Below are positions 1 to 9,782 of a stretch of DNA of 64,000 nt, piece by piece. A program made the position numbers and the translations under genes. The DNA is taken from assembly GCA_013203115.1 (NCBI GenBank), contig JABMQW010000139.1:33703-97702 (forward strand), in the 5' to 3' direction. The stretch is from Fidelibacterota bacterium. GTDB lineage: Bacteria > Fidelibacterota > Marinisomatia > Marinisomatales > TCS56. The stretch's first letter is position 1. Every line of letters begins with the position of its first letter. The notes beneath the pieces are model-generated. The model was not told where the DNA came from and searched no databases. It worked only from the letters and a program-made list of their open reading frames with translations.

Positions 1-341
1 GATTCGATTCCTCCGATTCCGGATCCGATTATTACACCAATGCGATTCAGATTGATTGAATCGACCAACAGACCGGCATCAATAATTGCTTCTTCTACAG
101 CGACCAGGGCATAGATTGTGAAACGGTCGAGCTTACGCGATTCCTTTCTTTCGAAGAAATCATCCAGTTGAAATCCGGTTACTTCACCGGCAATTTTTAC
201 CGAGTAATCGGATGTATCAAAATGGGTAATTTTAGCGATGCCGCTTTTACCGGTTCGCAGTGCTTCCCAGTATTGCGGCACCGTGTTACCGTTCGGGGCC
301 AGAACCCCCATTCCGGTAACAACAACTCGCCGTTTAGGCAC
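1..341 (-). CDS. fabF: beta-ketoacyl-ACP synthase II, N-terminal part (3' end cut by window edge)
   Basis: Hand translation of the minus strand gives VPKRRVVVTGMGVLAPNGNTVPQYWEALRTGKSGIAKITHFD...GSGIGGIE, a typical KAS II N-terminus. It has a GTG start 8 nt after the acpP stop and sits in the fab operon context. Confidence 0.85.
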   Translation of the reverse strand, partial: MPKRRVVVTGMGVLAPNGNTVPQYWEALRTGKSGIAKITHFDTSDYSVKIAGEVTGFQLDDFFERKESRKLDRFTIYALVAVEEAIIDAGLLVDSINLNRIGVIIGSGIGGIE

Positions 342-348
342 GATTTAG

Positions 349-579
349 CTAAATTTTACTTTCGATAAAATCGATGGCAGCGCCAACAGTAGTAATATTT
401 TCGGCATCCTCGTCAGGAATTTCAATTCCGAATTCTTCTTCCAATTGCATAATCAATTCTACCGTATCCAGTGAATCGGCGCCCAAATCATCAACAAAAT
501 GCGCTTCACGAGTAATTTTTTCTTCTTCTATGCCCAGTTTATCAATGATTACTTCTTTAACCTTTGCAAAGGTATCCAT
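349..579 (-). CDS. acpP: acyl carrier protein
   Basis: 76 aa with the [13 protein letters not shown] phosphopantetheine-attachment motif, between fabG and fabF. Confidence 0.97.
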   Translation of the reverse strand: MDTFAKVKEVIIDKLGIEEEKITREAHFVDDLGADSLDTVELIMQLEEEFGIEIPDEDAENITTVGAAIDFIESKI

Positions 580-594
580 TCTATTCTCCTTGTG

Positions 595-1341
595 TTAAGA
601 CATTGTCAGGCCACCATCGACAGCATAAGTTTGTCCGGTAATATAGCCGGCGGCATCGGATGCCAGAAACTGTACCATAGTAGCGATATCATTAGTGTTT
701 CCAATTTTTCCCAGAGGTATTTGCTTGATTAACTCAGTTTTAACCTCGGCTTTTAAACCGGCAGTCATATCGGTGTCGATATATCCCGGTGCTATACAAT
801 TTACGGTTATCCCTCGTGAGGCCAGTTCTCTGGCGGTTGCTTTGGTAAGTCCGATCAATCCCGCCTTGGATGCGGAATAATTTGCTTGTCCGGCATTTCC
901 GGTGAGACCAACCACTGAAGAAATATTGATTATCCGCCCGCGGCGCTGTTTCAGCATTGGACGCGAAACAGCTTTAATCGTATTGAAAGCGCCCTTAAGA
1001 TTTGTATTTAGCACTGTATCCCAATCAGACTCGGACATGCGCATTAATAGGGTATCGCGGGTTACGCCAGCATTATTTACTAGAATATCGATTTGACCAA
1101 ATTCCTTTACGATGTTTTGAACCAGAACAGCAACACTTTCCGATTCGACAATATTGCAGGCTGCCGCACTGGCATTTAGTCCCTGGTCTTTCAACGCGTT
1201 GGCGACAGATTGAACTGCCTCTAAATTGCGACTGACACACACAACATGGGTACCAGCCTGGGCCAATGTTTCGGCAATGCCGCGCCCGATTCCCCGGGAT
1301 GCGCCAGTAATTAAAGCTATTTTATTGTCTAATTCAAACAT
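595..1341 (-). CDS. fabG: 3-oxoacyl-ACP reductase (SDR)
   Basis: 248 aa with TGASRGIG Rossmann motif and the NNAG and YSASK catalytic motifs. fab operon position. Confidence 0.95.
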   Translation of the reverse strand: MFELDNKIALITGASRGIGRGIAETLAQAGTHVVCVSRNLEAVQSVANALKDQGLNASAAACNIVESESVAVLVQNIVKEFGQIDILVNNAGVTRDTLLMRMSESDWDTVLNTNLKGAFNTIKAVSRPMLKQRRGRIINISSVVGLTGNAGQANYSASKAGLIGLTKATARELASRGITVNCIAPGYIDTDMTAGLKAEVKTELIKQIPLGKIGNTNDIATMVQFLASDAAGYITGQTYAVDGGLTMS

Positions 1342-2263
1342 TGTTGAAATGACTGATATCGGTCAACGATTCCACTCCATAGACTAATAATTTACGATTA
1401 ATTCGACGTAATAAACCTTGTAAAACTCGCCCGGGCCCCACCTCAATAAATCTAGTAATACCGGTACCGGACATATTGGTAATTGAAAGATGCCAGCGGA
1501 CAGGGTTTTCTAATTGATCGATCAAGGTTTCGCGGATCGCATCAGCGGTTGTTACCGGCTCGGTAGTAACATTAGTATAAACAGGGATTGTTAGATCGTT
1601 GATTGATGTATCCTGTAATTTTTTCATTAATTTTTCACGGGCCGGGGCCATTAACGGGGAGTGAAAAGCACCGCTGACTTTTAATTCCACTACTTTTCGG
1701 GCACTGGCTTCCTGGGCTAAATCCATAGCCTTATGCACTCCGCTGATCGATCCTGAAATTACTATTTGTCTGGGTGCATTATAATTTGCTGCAACAACAG
1801 TCCCGGAAGCTGACGCTTGCTCACAAACATTTTCGACGGTTGCATCATCAAGTCCGATAATTGCGGCCATGGTACCTGTTTGAATCTCGCCTGCTTCCTG
1901 CATGCTTTCAGCCCGGATTTTTACCAGGTCCAAACCTGCGCCAAAATCGAACGCGCCAGCAATTGTCAGCGCGGAATATTCACCCAGGCTATGGCCGGCA
2001 GCAGCGATTGGGATAACTCCGGATTCGATCAATAATTGCCCTAGAATAACACTTACTATATAAATGGCTGGTTGAGTGTAGCGGGTCTGTTTGAGCATAT
2101 TTTCCGGCCCGTTGAATGTAATGTCTTTGATATCCAGACCCATGATATCGTTCGCGAGATCGAAACATTGTTTTCCAATTTTGGTTTTAGTATATAATTC
2201 CAGTCCCATACCAACTTGCTGGGAGGCTTGGCCGGGGAAAATAAAAGCCGTGTTCATCATCAT
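1334..2263 (-). CDS. fabD: malonyl CoA-ACP transacylase
   Basis: 309 aa with FPGQASQ and the GHSLGEYSAL active-site serine motif. Overlaps the fabG start by 8 nt. Confidence 0.95.
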   Translation of the reverse strand: MMMNTAFIFPGQASQQVGMGLELYTKTKIGKQCFDLANDIMGLDIKDITFNGPENMLKQTRYTQPAIYIVSVILGQLLIESGVIPIAAAGHSLGEYSALTIAGAFDFGAGLDLVKIRAESMQEAGEIQTGTMAAIIGLDDATVENVCEQASASGTVVAANYNAPRQIVISGSISGVHKAMDLAQEASARKVVELKVSGAFHSPLMAPAREKLMKKLQDTSINDLTIPVYTNVTTEPVTTADAIRETLIDQLENPVRWHLSITNMSGTGITRFIEVGPGRVLQGLLRRINRKLLVYGVESLTDISHFNNV

Positions 2264-2264
2264 C

Positions 2265-3242
2265 TTACCAGCGGATTAACATACTGCCCCAGGAATAACC
2301 AGCCCCAAAAGCAGCCAATAATAACAGGTCGCCACTTCGCAATTTACCTTTTTCCACGGATTCATCGATTCCAATCGGAATGGTACCTGCCGTGGTGTTA
2401 CCATATTTACCAATATTGATAACGACTTGGTCTTCATGAAATCCACAGCGCTTGCTGGTAATATCAATGATGCGCTTATTTGCTTGATGCGGAATAAACA
2501 GTGTGACGTCCGACCCGTTAAAATTGTTGCGTTCCAGGATCTCCAGACTAACGTCCGCCATCCCTTTGGCGGCAACTTTAAAAACAGCTTTACCATCCTG
2601 CTGAACATAATGCTCTTTATTAGCCACTGTTTCCGCTGATGCAGGTTTCAAACTGCCACCGGCCGGCATAAATAAATATTTACTACCAGAACCATCCAGA
2701 TGCAACTTGGCATCGATTATGCCTGATTGATTCAGACTGGGTTCCAGCAGAACTGCGCCGGCACCATCACCGAACAATACACAGGTATTGCGGTCCTCAA
2801 AATTCAGGATTGAACTCATGGTGTCAGCGCCAATAACCACGACTTTTGAATATTTACCAGACTCAACAAGTTTAGCCCCGGTTTCTAAAGCAAATAAAAA
2901 ACCAGTACAGGCACCGGATAAATCAAAACCCCAGGCATTTTTAGCTCCCAGATTATTTTGGATCAAAGCAGCGGTAGAGGGAAATAACAAATCAGGTGTG
3001 ATGGTAGCCACGATAATTACATCAATTTCTTCAGGGCTGTATCCGGAACGCTCCAGTAATTGTTGTGTCACCCGTGTGCCCATATCTGCCGTTGCCTGCC
3101 CTGGAACCACAAAACGTCGTTCGGATATACCGGTCCGGGTTCTGATCCACTCGTCATTTGTATCAACTAATTTTTCCATATCCGCATTAGTAAATATCCG
3201 CTCTGGTAAATAGCGTGCTGTGGCTGTGATTGCTGATTTCAA
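2265..3242 (-). CDS. fabH: beta-ketoacyl-ACP synthase III
   Basis: 325 aa with the ACTGF active-site Cys region, HQAN and GNTTAG motifs. Confidence 0.95.
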   Translation of the reverse strand: MKSAITATARYLPERIFTNADMEKLVDTNDEWIRTRTGISERRFVVPGQATADMGTRVTQQLLERSGYSPEEIDVIIVATITPDLLFPSTAALIQNNLGAKNAWGFDLSGACTGFLFALETGAKLVESGKYSKVVVIGADTMSSILNFEDRNTCVLFGDGAGAVLLEPSLNQSGIIDAKLHLDGSGSKYLFMPAGGSLKPASAETVANKEHYVQQDGKAVFKVAAKGMADVSLEILERNNFNGSDVTLFIPHQANKRIIDITSKRCGFHEDQVVINIGKYGNTTAGTIPIGIDESVEKGKLRSGDLLLLAAFGAGYSWGSMLIRW

Positions 3243-3244
3243 AG

Positions 3245-4243
3245 CTATACTCCCAAATGTTCTGCTAAACTGACCTTAGTATCGTCAATAAGATTTTTTT
3301 CAACACATGATATGGCAACCATAATAGAATTTTTAATTGCTTTTTCACTGGAACTACCATGGCAAATAATACTTAATCCATTTACACCCAGTAAAGGAGT
3401 TCCACCATATTCCTCGTAATCAAAATGTTTCTTGATTGAAGAAAAAACCGGTTTCAATAGTAAGGCGCCTAATAAGTAACGTTTCCGATTGCCAATCCGA
3501 TTTTTGATTTCATCAGAAAAAGTTTTAAGCCATCCTTCAGCAAATTTTAATATTGTATTGCCCACGAATCCGTCACAAACCAATACCCGTGCTTCGCAAT
3601 CTAACAGATGCCGTCCTTCCACATTACCGACAAAATTATCCAGCTCCTGGTCAAGCAAGGCATATGTTTTCTGGTAAAGATCGCTGCCTTTATTGGATTC
3701 GGTACCAATATTTATCAATCCAATTGGTGGATTTTTAATTTTTTCAACGTGGGTAAGATAATGAGAAGCCATAATGGCGAATTGTAACATGTGAAATGGT
3801 TTAACGTCCGGGTTTGCTCCGACATCACAAATTATTTTACCACCGGTTAAGGTGGGAATATAAGCACCCAGAGCTGGTCGTTTAACACCAGGTATGCGTC
3901 CAAAGGACAATAATGAAGTGGACATGACAGCACCCGTGTTCCCAGCGCTGATAAAAGCATCAGCCTTGTTGTCTTTAACCAGCTTAATGCCTTGAACAAT
4001 CGATGAATCCGGCTTGGCCTTGATAACCCTTGAGGCCGATTCGTGCATGTTGACTATTTGGGTAGCGGGGTGAATACTGATTCGCGAACTTTCCTGACCA
4101 TTAAGTTCCGCTTCAATTGCTTCCGGCTGCCCAACCAGAATAAATTTTATATCATCGGTAGTTTCTGCCAGAACCCACAGGACTCCCCTTACAACTGCCC
4201 GAGGGGCTAAATCTCCCCCCATGGCATCTAAAGCTAATTTCAT
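3245..4243 (-). CDS. plsX: phosphate acyltransferase PlsX
   Basis: 332 aa with MGGD near the N-terminus. Conserved rpmF-plsX-fabH order. Confidence 0.93.
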   Translation of the reverse strand: MKLALDAMGGDLAPRAVVRGVLWVLAETTDDIKFILVGQPEAIEAELNGQESSRISIHPATQIVNMHESASRVIKAKPDSSIVQGIKLVKDNKADAFISAGNTGAVMSTSLLSFGRIPGVKRPALGAYIPTLTGGKIICDVGANPDVKPFHMLQFAIMASHYLTHVEKIKNPPIGLINIGTESNKGSDLYQKTYALLDQELDNFVGNVEGRHLLDCEARVLVCDGFVGNTILKFAEGWLKTFSDEIKNRIGNRKRYLLGALLLKPVFSSIKKHFDYEEYGGTPLLGVNGLSIICHGSSSEKAIKNSIMVAISCVEKNLIDDTKVSLAEHLGV

Positions 4244-4257
4244 TTAAACTTGATAAA

Positions 4258-4437
4258 TCATTCCGTCGTAGATATTACCGGCCGCCCACGATAATAACCA
4301 CAGTTGGGGCAAGCACGGTGCGGCATTTTTGTTTGATTGCATTGTGGGCATTCCATTACGGATACGCTGGCTGCTTTATAATGTGTGCGCCGTTTACGTC
4401 CCCGCGCTTTTGATATTCTAGTTTTTGGTAGTGCCAT
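4258..4437 (-). CDS. rpmF: 50S ribosomal protein L32
   Basis: Not in the ORF track because it is under 60 aa. Hand translation gives MALPKTRISKARGRKRRTHYKAASVSVMECPQCNQTKMPHRACPNCGYYRGRPVISTTE (59 aa), with a CxxC...CxxC zinc ribbon, between yceD and plsX. Confidence 0.9.
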   Translation of the reverse strand: MALPKTRISKARGRKRRTHYKAASVSVMECPQCNQTKMPHRACPNCGYYRGRPVISTTE

Positions 4438-4464
4438 GGTTACTCCTAATCCTTTGCATCGAAT

Positions 4465-4962
4465 TTATTCTACTAATTTTTTCAAGTCGTTCCATTGACC
4501 TTCGTCGCGTGGAACAGAGCAGGAACAGGTCTGCTGATTTAAATTCTGTCCGCAGACCGGGCAAATTCCTTTACAATCCTTCCGGCATAAGGTTTTAATC
4601 GGTTCATCGAGATAAATCAAGTCGTGAACGATTGTTGATATGTCAACCCAATCCTGACTATCGGGGAACCAAAGAAAATCCTCATTGACTTCCGAAATAA
4701 GATCTTGATTGGATGTTAACCAGAATAAAATCGGCAGCTCGTGTTCTTGCGGAAAATTGGTTAAACAACGATCACAAATCTCAATCGTACTCCAGATCAG
4801 TTTTCCGGTTATTTTGTATCCATCAAAAGCAGTTACCGCTGTCAACATACATCGGACAATTGGCTCCGCAAATTGGATAATGTCAGTTTTTAGTTCGTTG
4901 ACTGGTATCTCAAATAGCTTGTCGCTAAATCCAGCGATTAGATCGGAACGAAAAAGCTTCAT
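4465..4962 (-). CDS. DUF177 / YceD-family protein (23S rRNA accumulation protein-like)
   Basis: 165 aa with a C-terminal Cys cluster (CKGICPVCGQNLN..CSC). Canonical position upstream of rpmF. Confidence 0.8.
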   Translation of the reverse strand: MKLFRSDLIAGFSDKLFEIPVNELKTDIIQFAEPIVRCMLTAVTAFDGYKITGKLIWSTIEICDRCLTNFPQEHELPILFWLTSNQDLISEVNEDFLWFPDSQDWVDISTIVHDLIYLDEPIKTLCRKDCKGICPVCGQNLNQQTCSCSVPRDEGQWNDLKKLVE

Positions 4963-5007
4963 TTTAAACCAGCAAAAGTAATCTTAGAAGTTCTTTCAAA
5001 CAAGATT

Positions 5008-5037
5008 AAAAAGTGCCTGTATTTTCAGGCACTTTTT
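5008..5037 (-). terminator. rho-independent terminator (bidirectional hairpin)
   Basis: AAAAAGTGCCTG-TATTTT-CAGGCACTTTTT is a perfect 12-nt arm hairpin flanked by A/T runs, about 30 nt downstream of the 5069..6253 gene. Confidence 0.7.
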
Positions 5038-5068
5038 AATCATTGAACAGCTTAAGTTTTTATTTTGA

Positions 5069-6253
5069 TCAGGTTTTATCCTGATCTTTGTCATCAGTCT
5101 CAGTGGATTTCTCTATTGCCGATTCATCCACCGTTTCACTTACTTCTTCCTGTTCCTCTTCTTCTTCAGCTTCCAACTCTTCCTCATCTTTGCGTTCTAG
5201 TAAATTATCATCATCGGATTTCTTTTTAAATATGATAAACATTAGAGTTTCTCCGACTGAAAGGATGGAAAGGCCATATGCGATTACTGATGCAAATAGG
5301 ATGAAAAGGAAAATAGCTACGATAATACCGGCGGCAGAATGTGTGAATGGCATATCAGCGCCCGGAACCGGAAACAGGCTGCACAAACTGGAGCATGAAG
5401 AACTGCAGAATGAGGGAAAGACAATTTCACTGGCATAACCGACAATATTGGATAACTTGGATCCCATACCCAAAATCCATTCGGATCCAAATATAAGGTT
5501 GACCAACTTATAACCACCGTACCAGAATATGCCGAATAGATAGACTGCCAGGTAGACCAGCGGCAAAAGAATTAGGTGGTAAAGAACAATCCGCCAAGGC
5601 TGGGACCAGGTAATGGAATAACTTTGAAATACAGCACCCATTGTGTCTTCCTCGTAGGCACTTACAATTGCGGGTGTATAAACAAAAGAGGTGATCAATA
5701 CAACGGCGGTATAAACCGTGAAAACTGAACCAAAAAAGTAGAACAGGTAGGGCAGGGCAAACAGAAATTCTCCCACCCAGGGTATCTTCCCAACCAGACC
5801 GAAGATAGCCGCCATAATCAGGAAAAATATAATGATTATTGCAACACTCAACGAAGTGAAAATGACCGGATGCCAGTGATTTTTAACGTATTTCCAAGCA
5901 TCTCCAGAGGAATAAAATTCATCACCCTTCAGTTGTTTGTAAGTTACCCGCGCAACGGCGGTACAAGCTAAATTAATCGTAAAGAACCAGGCGATGATAC
6001 CAATCCAGTAGATTAACTGGGCGTACCAGGGACCGCAACCGGCGGCGTAGAGACAGGGATATAATCCGAATTCCTTCCAGGCCGAAGCAAAGGATATTCC
6101 AGTTAAACCTAATGCAACGTGGGTAAGCAACCAATAGGCAATCCAGCCACTGATCAGCCCGAATAGAAAGATGAATATTTTCTTTCCACTCAAAGCAAGT
6201 CGTGGAGCCCTGAAAATATCGCGAACGTCAAAGTACAAATTCATCGGACCCAT
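5069..6253 (-). CDS. multi-pass integral membrane protein with acidic C-terminal tail, unknown function
   Basis: 394 aa with many hydrophobic segments. The C-terminal roughly 60 aa are strongly acidic (EEELEAEEEEEQEEV...DDKDQDK). I recognise no catalytic motif. Confidence 0.6.
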   Translation of the reverse strand: MGPMNLYFDVRDIFRAPRLALSGKKIFIFLFGLISGWIAYWLLTHVALGLTGISFASAWKEFGLYPCLYAAGCGPWYAQLIYWIGIIAWFFTINLACTAVARVTYKQLKGDEFYSSGDAWKYVKNHWHPVIFTSLSVAIIIIFFLIMAAIFGLVGKIPWVGEFLFALPYLFYFFGSVFTVYTAVVLITSFVYTPAIVSAYEEDTMGAVFQSYSITWSQPWRIVLYHLILLPLVYLAVYLFGIFWYGGYKLVNLIFGSEWILGMGSKLSNIVGYASEIVFPSFCSSSCSSLCSLFPVPGADMPFTHSAAGIIVAIFLFILFASVIAYGLSILSVGETLMFIIFKKKSDDDNLLERKDEEELEAEEEEEQEEVSETVDESAIEKSTETDDKDQDKT

Positions 6254-6265
6254 AATGTTCTCCTT

Positions 6266-7066
6266 TTAATTTTCTAATCTTATATGGTCAACCCAAGTGT
6301 CACCTTTGGTCATCGACCTAATATTGGCAGCTACTGTCACTGCAACAGAATAACTTTCAAAACTGCCTACGCGTACCCGATACCAAATTTCGTCGGTTTC
6401 TTTGAAATAGGCTTTTTGAATATAGGAGTCAAACCCTGCTTCTAATAAACTTTCGGCTGATTTTTGTGCATCTTTGAAAGTTCGTTTAGCACTGGTTTGA
6501 ATCGTATATCGATTGGGATCCTTCGGAATTGTTGCGCCGGGGACTGGCTTGGCAGGTTTCCGTGAGGCAATATAGGTTTGTCGAATCGGTTTAGCTACTG
6601 AAGCAATTAGTTGTTCCTCATAACTAGGAACAGGTTCCGGTTCGAAATAGGTTTTGTCATCAAAAAATTGTGCTTCAGGAACTGTATCCGTGATATCTTC
6701 TTCAGCAAAATCTTCTTCGTCGTCACTGATATCATCGGATTCAATAATCTCGAAGGGAAAGTTTTGAGATGAAACTTCATCACCAAACTCGTCTGACACT
6801 ATTACGGCAAATTCATAAGTTCCGGGATAGTCGGGAATGAAAGAGATTGTCTGGTTATCTTCGGACAATTCCAGATCATCGGCGGTTAATGCGCTGGCAT
6901 CCGGTTGTTGGATTATCGACCAGGTATAGTCAAATATTCCTTCTTCACCAGGTGGCTCAGCGCGTGCCGATTGATATTCACCCACTATTCCTTCATTAAT
7001 ATCCTCTCCGCAACCAGCCAGCAATAAAATGCTGACTATAATTATGATGAAACGTGATATGTTCAT
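6266..7066 (-). CDS. SPOR-domain lipoprotein
   Basis: Signal peptide with lipobox LLAGC. It has an acidic linker and a C-terminal YTIQTSA...YRVRVGSF pattern typical of SPOR peptidoglycan-binding repeats. Confidence 0.65.
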   Translation of the reverse strand: MNISRFIIIIVSILLLAGCGEDINEGIVGEYQSARAEPPGEEGIFDYTWSIIQQPDASALTADDLELSEDNQTISFIPDYPGTYEFAVIVSDEFGDEVSSQNFPFEIIESDDISDDEEDFAEEDITDTVPEAQFFDDKTYFEPEPVPSYEEQLIASVAKPIRQTYIASRKPAKPVPGATIPKDPNRYTIQTSAKRTFKDAQKSAESLLEAGFDSYIQKAYFKETDEIWYRVRVGSFESYSVAVTVAANIRSMTKGDTWVDHIRLEN

Positions 7067-7098
7067 AACCCTCGCTTGTGGTTAGGAAAAAAGGTCTC

Positions 7099-7521
7099 TT
7101 ATACGGTGTGAATTTGACTGGGTATGAAGAAAAATGCAATTTCTTTTTCAGCATTTTTATCAGAATCTGAGCCGTGAACGGCATTATTCTGGATACTTTC
7201 GGCAAAATCCCTACGAATTGTACCTTTCGCAGCTTCCGCCGGATTAGTTGCACCAATGATTTTACGGAAGTTTTCAACTGCATTTTCATGTTCGATAACA
7301 AATGGCAGGCATGGTCCGGAAGTCATAAAATTAATCAGATCATTAAAAAACGGACGTTCCTTATGCACGGCGTAAAACTGTTTGGCTTGTTCGCGACTCA
7401 AGTGTTCTAACCGGGCGGCAACGATTTTAAATCCGCTGTTTAAGAGGCGATCGATAATTTTTCCGGTATAATTTTTACTGATTGCATCCGGTTTTATAAT
7501 TCCTAAAGTGTAGTTACCCAC
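7099..7521 (-). CDS. ndk: nucleoside diphosphate kinase
   Basis: 140 aa with IKPDA and the NAVHGSDS active-site His motif. Confidence 0.96.
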   Translation of the reverse strand: MGNYTLGIIKPDAISKNYTGKIIDRLLNSGFKIVAARLEHLSREQAKQFYAVHKERPFFNDLINFMTSGPCLPFVIEHENAVENFRKIIGATNPAEAAKGTIRRDFAESIQNNAVHGSDSDKNAEKEIAFFFIPSQIHTV

Positions 7522-7642
7522 AAAATTCTCCTGTTTAGATTATGATGTTAATGCTAACCGATATTGTTAACTGCAGTGTTTGTAAAAAACGCAAATAAAT
7601 TGATTTTTTCCAGCAAGGTGAAAATGACCTGTAATCCAATTT

Positions 7643-8515
7643 CTATTTTAGAGCCTCATACATGGTGGAGCCAATTTCAGCCGGACTTTTCACTACCGTG
7701 ATATCAGCCTTTTTAAGGGCTTTCATTTTATCCTCAGCAGTTCCTTTTCCTCCGGCAATAATGGCACCAGCGTGACCCATTCTACGACCGGATGGAGCTG
7801 TTTGTCCGGCTATAAATGCGACAATTGGTTTGCTGAAATCATTATCCACAGTCCATTGAGCCGCTTCTTCCTCGGCAGTGCCACCAATTTCACCAATCAG
7901 AACAACTCCTTCAGTGGCATAATCATCTTTGAATAATGACAGCATATCGATAAATGTAGTTCCGATAATCGGATCACCGCCGAGACCGATCGATGTGGAT
8001 TGTCCCAGTCCTAATTTACCCAATTGGTGAACAGCCTCGTAGGTCAGAGTACCGGAACGTGATATCACGCCAATTGATCCCGGTGTATGAATGAAACCGG
8101 GCATGATACCAACTTTGGCCTGGCCCGGTGATATCACTCCCGGACAATTGGGTCCCACCAACCTGATAGACTTATCAGCCAGAAATTTATGTACCTGAAT
8201 CATATCACTGGTTGGTATACCTTCGGTAATACAGACAATTAATTCAATACCGGCCGCGGCTGCTTCCATTATCGCTTCAGCGGCAAAAGCGGGTGGTACA
8301 AAAATTACCGATGTATTGGCGGCAGTAGCTACTCGGGCTTCATCTACCGTGTTGAATACAGGCACTTCGAGCGGTTTTTGACCGCCTTTTCCCGGGGTTA
8401 CTCCGCCAACTAAATTGGTACCGTAATCCTGCATCTGCTGTCCATGAAATGAACCTTCTTGGCCGGTAATACCCTGGATGATCAAGCGGGTGTTTTTATT
8501 AACAAGAACACTCAT
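7643..8515 (-). CDS. sucD: succinate--CoA ligase subunit alpha
   Basis: 290 aa with the [14 protein letters not shown] and MGHAGAI (phosphohistidine) motifs. Confidence 0.97.
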   Translation of the reverse strand: MSVLVNKNTRLIIQGITGQEGSFHGQQMQDYGTNLVGGVTPGKGGQKPLEVPVFNTVDEARVATAANTSVIFVPPAFAAEAIMEAAAAGIELIVCITEGIPTSDMIQVHKFLADKSIRLVGPNCPGVISPGQAKVGIMPGFIHTPGSIGVISRSGTLTYEAVHQLGKLGLGQSTSIGLGGDPIIGTTFIDMLSLFKDDYATEGVVLIGEIGGTAEEEAAQWTVDNDFSKPIVAFIAGQTAPSGRRMGHAGAIIAGGKGTAEDKMKALKKADITVVKSPAEIGSTMYEALK

Positions 8516-9684
8516 TTTACACCTCCCCCGGCTGCCGATACGGCCTTTACAGCCCCATCCTGCAGACTGGTGGCTACATTAAATTCCAATGGGGATCGTT
8601 TCAGTAATTTGACTGCTTCGACGGCGTTAGTACCCTCGAGCCGTATAATTACCGGTACTTTAATGTCGATTTCACTCAGGGCTGTAATGATTCCTTCAGC
8701 AACCCGATCACAACGAACAATGCCCCCAAAAATATTAACCAATACCGATTTAACATTCGGGTCGGATAGGATTAACCGAAAGCCATTAGCCACAGTTTTG
8801 GCATTAGCAACGCCACCAACATCCAGAAAATTAGCCGGTTCACCGCCATTCAATTTAATGATATCCATTGTGGCCATTGCAAGACCCGCCCCATTGACCA
8901 TACAGCCCACGTTGCCGTCCAGTTTGATATAATTAAGACTGAATTTATTTGCTTCTGCTTCAGTGGGATCTTCCTCACTGATATCGCGTAATTCCTCGAT
9001 TTCAGGGTGTCGAAAAAGTCCGTTATCATCGAAATTTATTTTCGCATCCAAGGCAATTATGAGATCACCTTTGGTCACGACCAAAGGGTTGATTTCGATC
9101 AGTGAACAATCTTTGGCTGTAAATACTTTCCACAAGGCCATGAATATTTGCGTGGCCGTTTTAACCTGTGCTCCCTGGAGTCCTAGTGCATAGGCCAGTT
9201 TCCGAGCCTGGTAGGGGCGTAATCCGAGTCCCGGATTGATCCATTCCTTAATTATTTTATCCGGAGTTTCCCGGGCGATTTTTTCTATCTCGACACCGCC
9301 TTCGGTAGAAACCATGAATACATATTCACCGGCTGCCCGATCCAGAACGATACCAGCGTATAATTCACGGGCAATTTCAACTCCGGCCTCGATCAATAAC
9401 CGCTCTACCTGCTTACCTTCAGAACCAGTTTGATGGGTAACTAATTGCATTCCGAGCATGTTGCGGGCTGTATTGCGAACTTCGACTTCATTTTTAACTA
9501 GCTTTATACCACCGCCTTTCCCACGTCCGCCGGCCTGAATCTGTGCTTTTACAACAGCCAGATTGCCGGGCAGCCGGCGATAGGCATCCACCGCTTTGTC
9601 AATACTGAAAGCCGGATATCCTTCCGGGACTGCTACGCCGAATTGACGGAATATTTCTTTACCCTGATATTCGTGAATTTTCAA
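8512..9684 (-). CDS. sucC: succinate--CoA ligase (ADP-forming) subunit beta
   Basis: 390 aa starting [12 protein letters not shown], with an ATP-grasp fold. ATGA overlap with sucD. Confidence 0.97.
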   Translation of the reverse strand: MKIHEYQGKEIFRQFGVAVPEGYPAFSIDKAVDAYRRLPGNLAVVKAQIQAGGRGKGGGIKLVKNEVEVRNTARNMLGMQLVTHQTGSEGKQVERLLIEAGVEIARELYAGIVLDRAAGEYVFMVSTEGGVEIEKIARETPDKIIKEWINPGLGLRPYQARKLAYALGLQGAQVKTATQIFMALWKVFTAKDCSLIEINPLVVTKGDLIIALDAKINFDDNGLFRHPEIEELRDISEEDPTEAEANKFSLNYIKLDGNVGCMVNGAGLAMATMDIIKLNGGEPANFLDVGGVANAKTVANGFRLILSDPNVKSVLVNIFGGIVRCDRVAEGIITALSEIDIKVPVIIRLEGTNAVEAVKLLKRSPLEFNVATSLQDGAVKAVSAAGGGVK

Positions 9685-9782
9685 AATTCCTCTCCTGCGC
9701 TTATTCGAAAGATTTGAATGATTTCAATTGACATTAACGATTCTGATGGAGTGTAAATGACCCGGCATTATCATTTGTGATA

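Noticed and set aside
8459-8932. 157-aa plus-strand ORF from the six-frame track
   Set aside because: It lies entirely antisense to the well-supported sucD and sucC genes. Its Ala/Thr/Ser/Pro-rich composition is what the reverse frame of a coding region typically gives, and it has no motifs.
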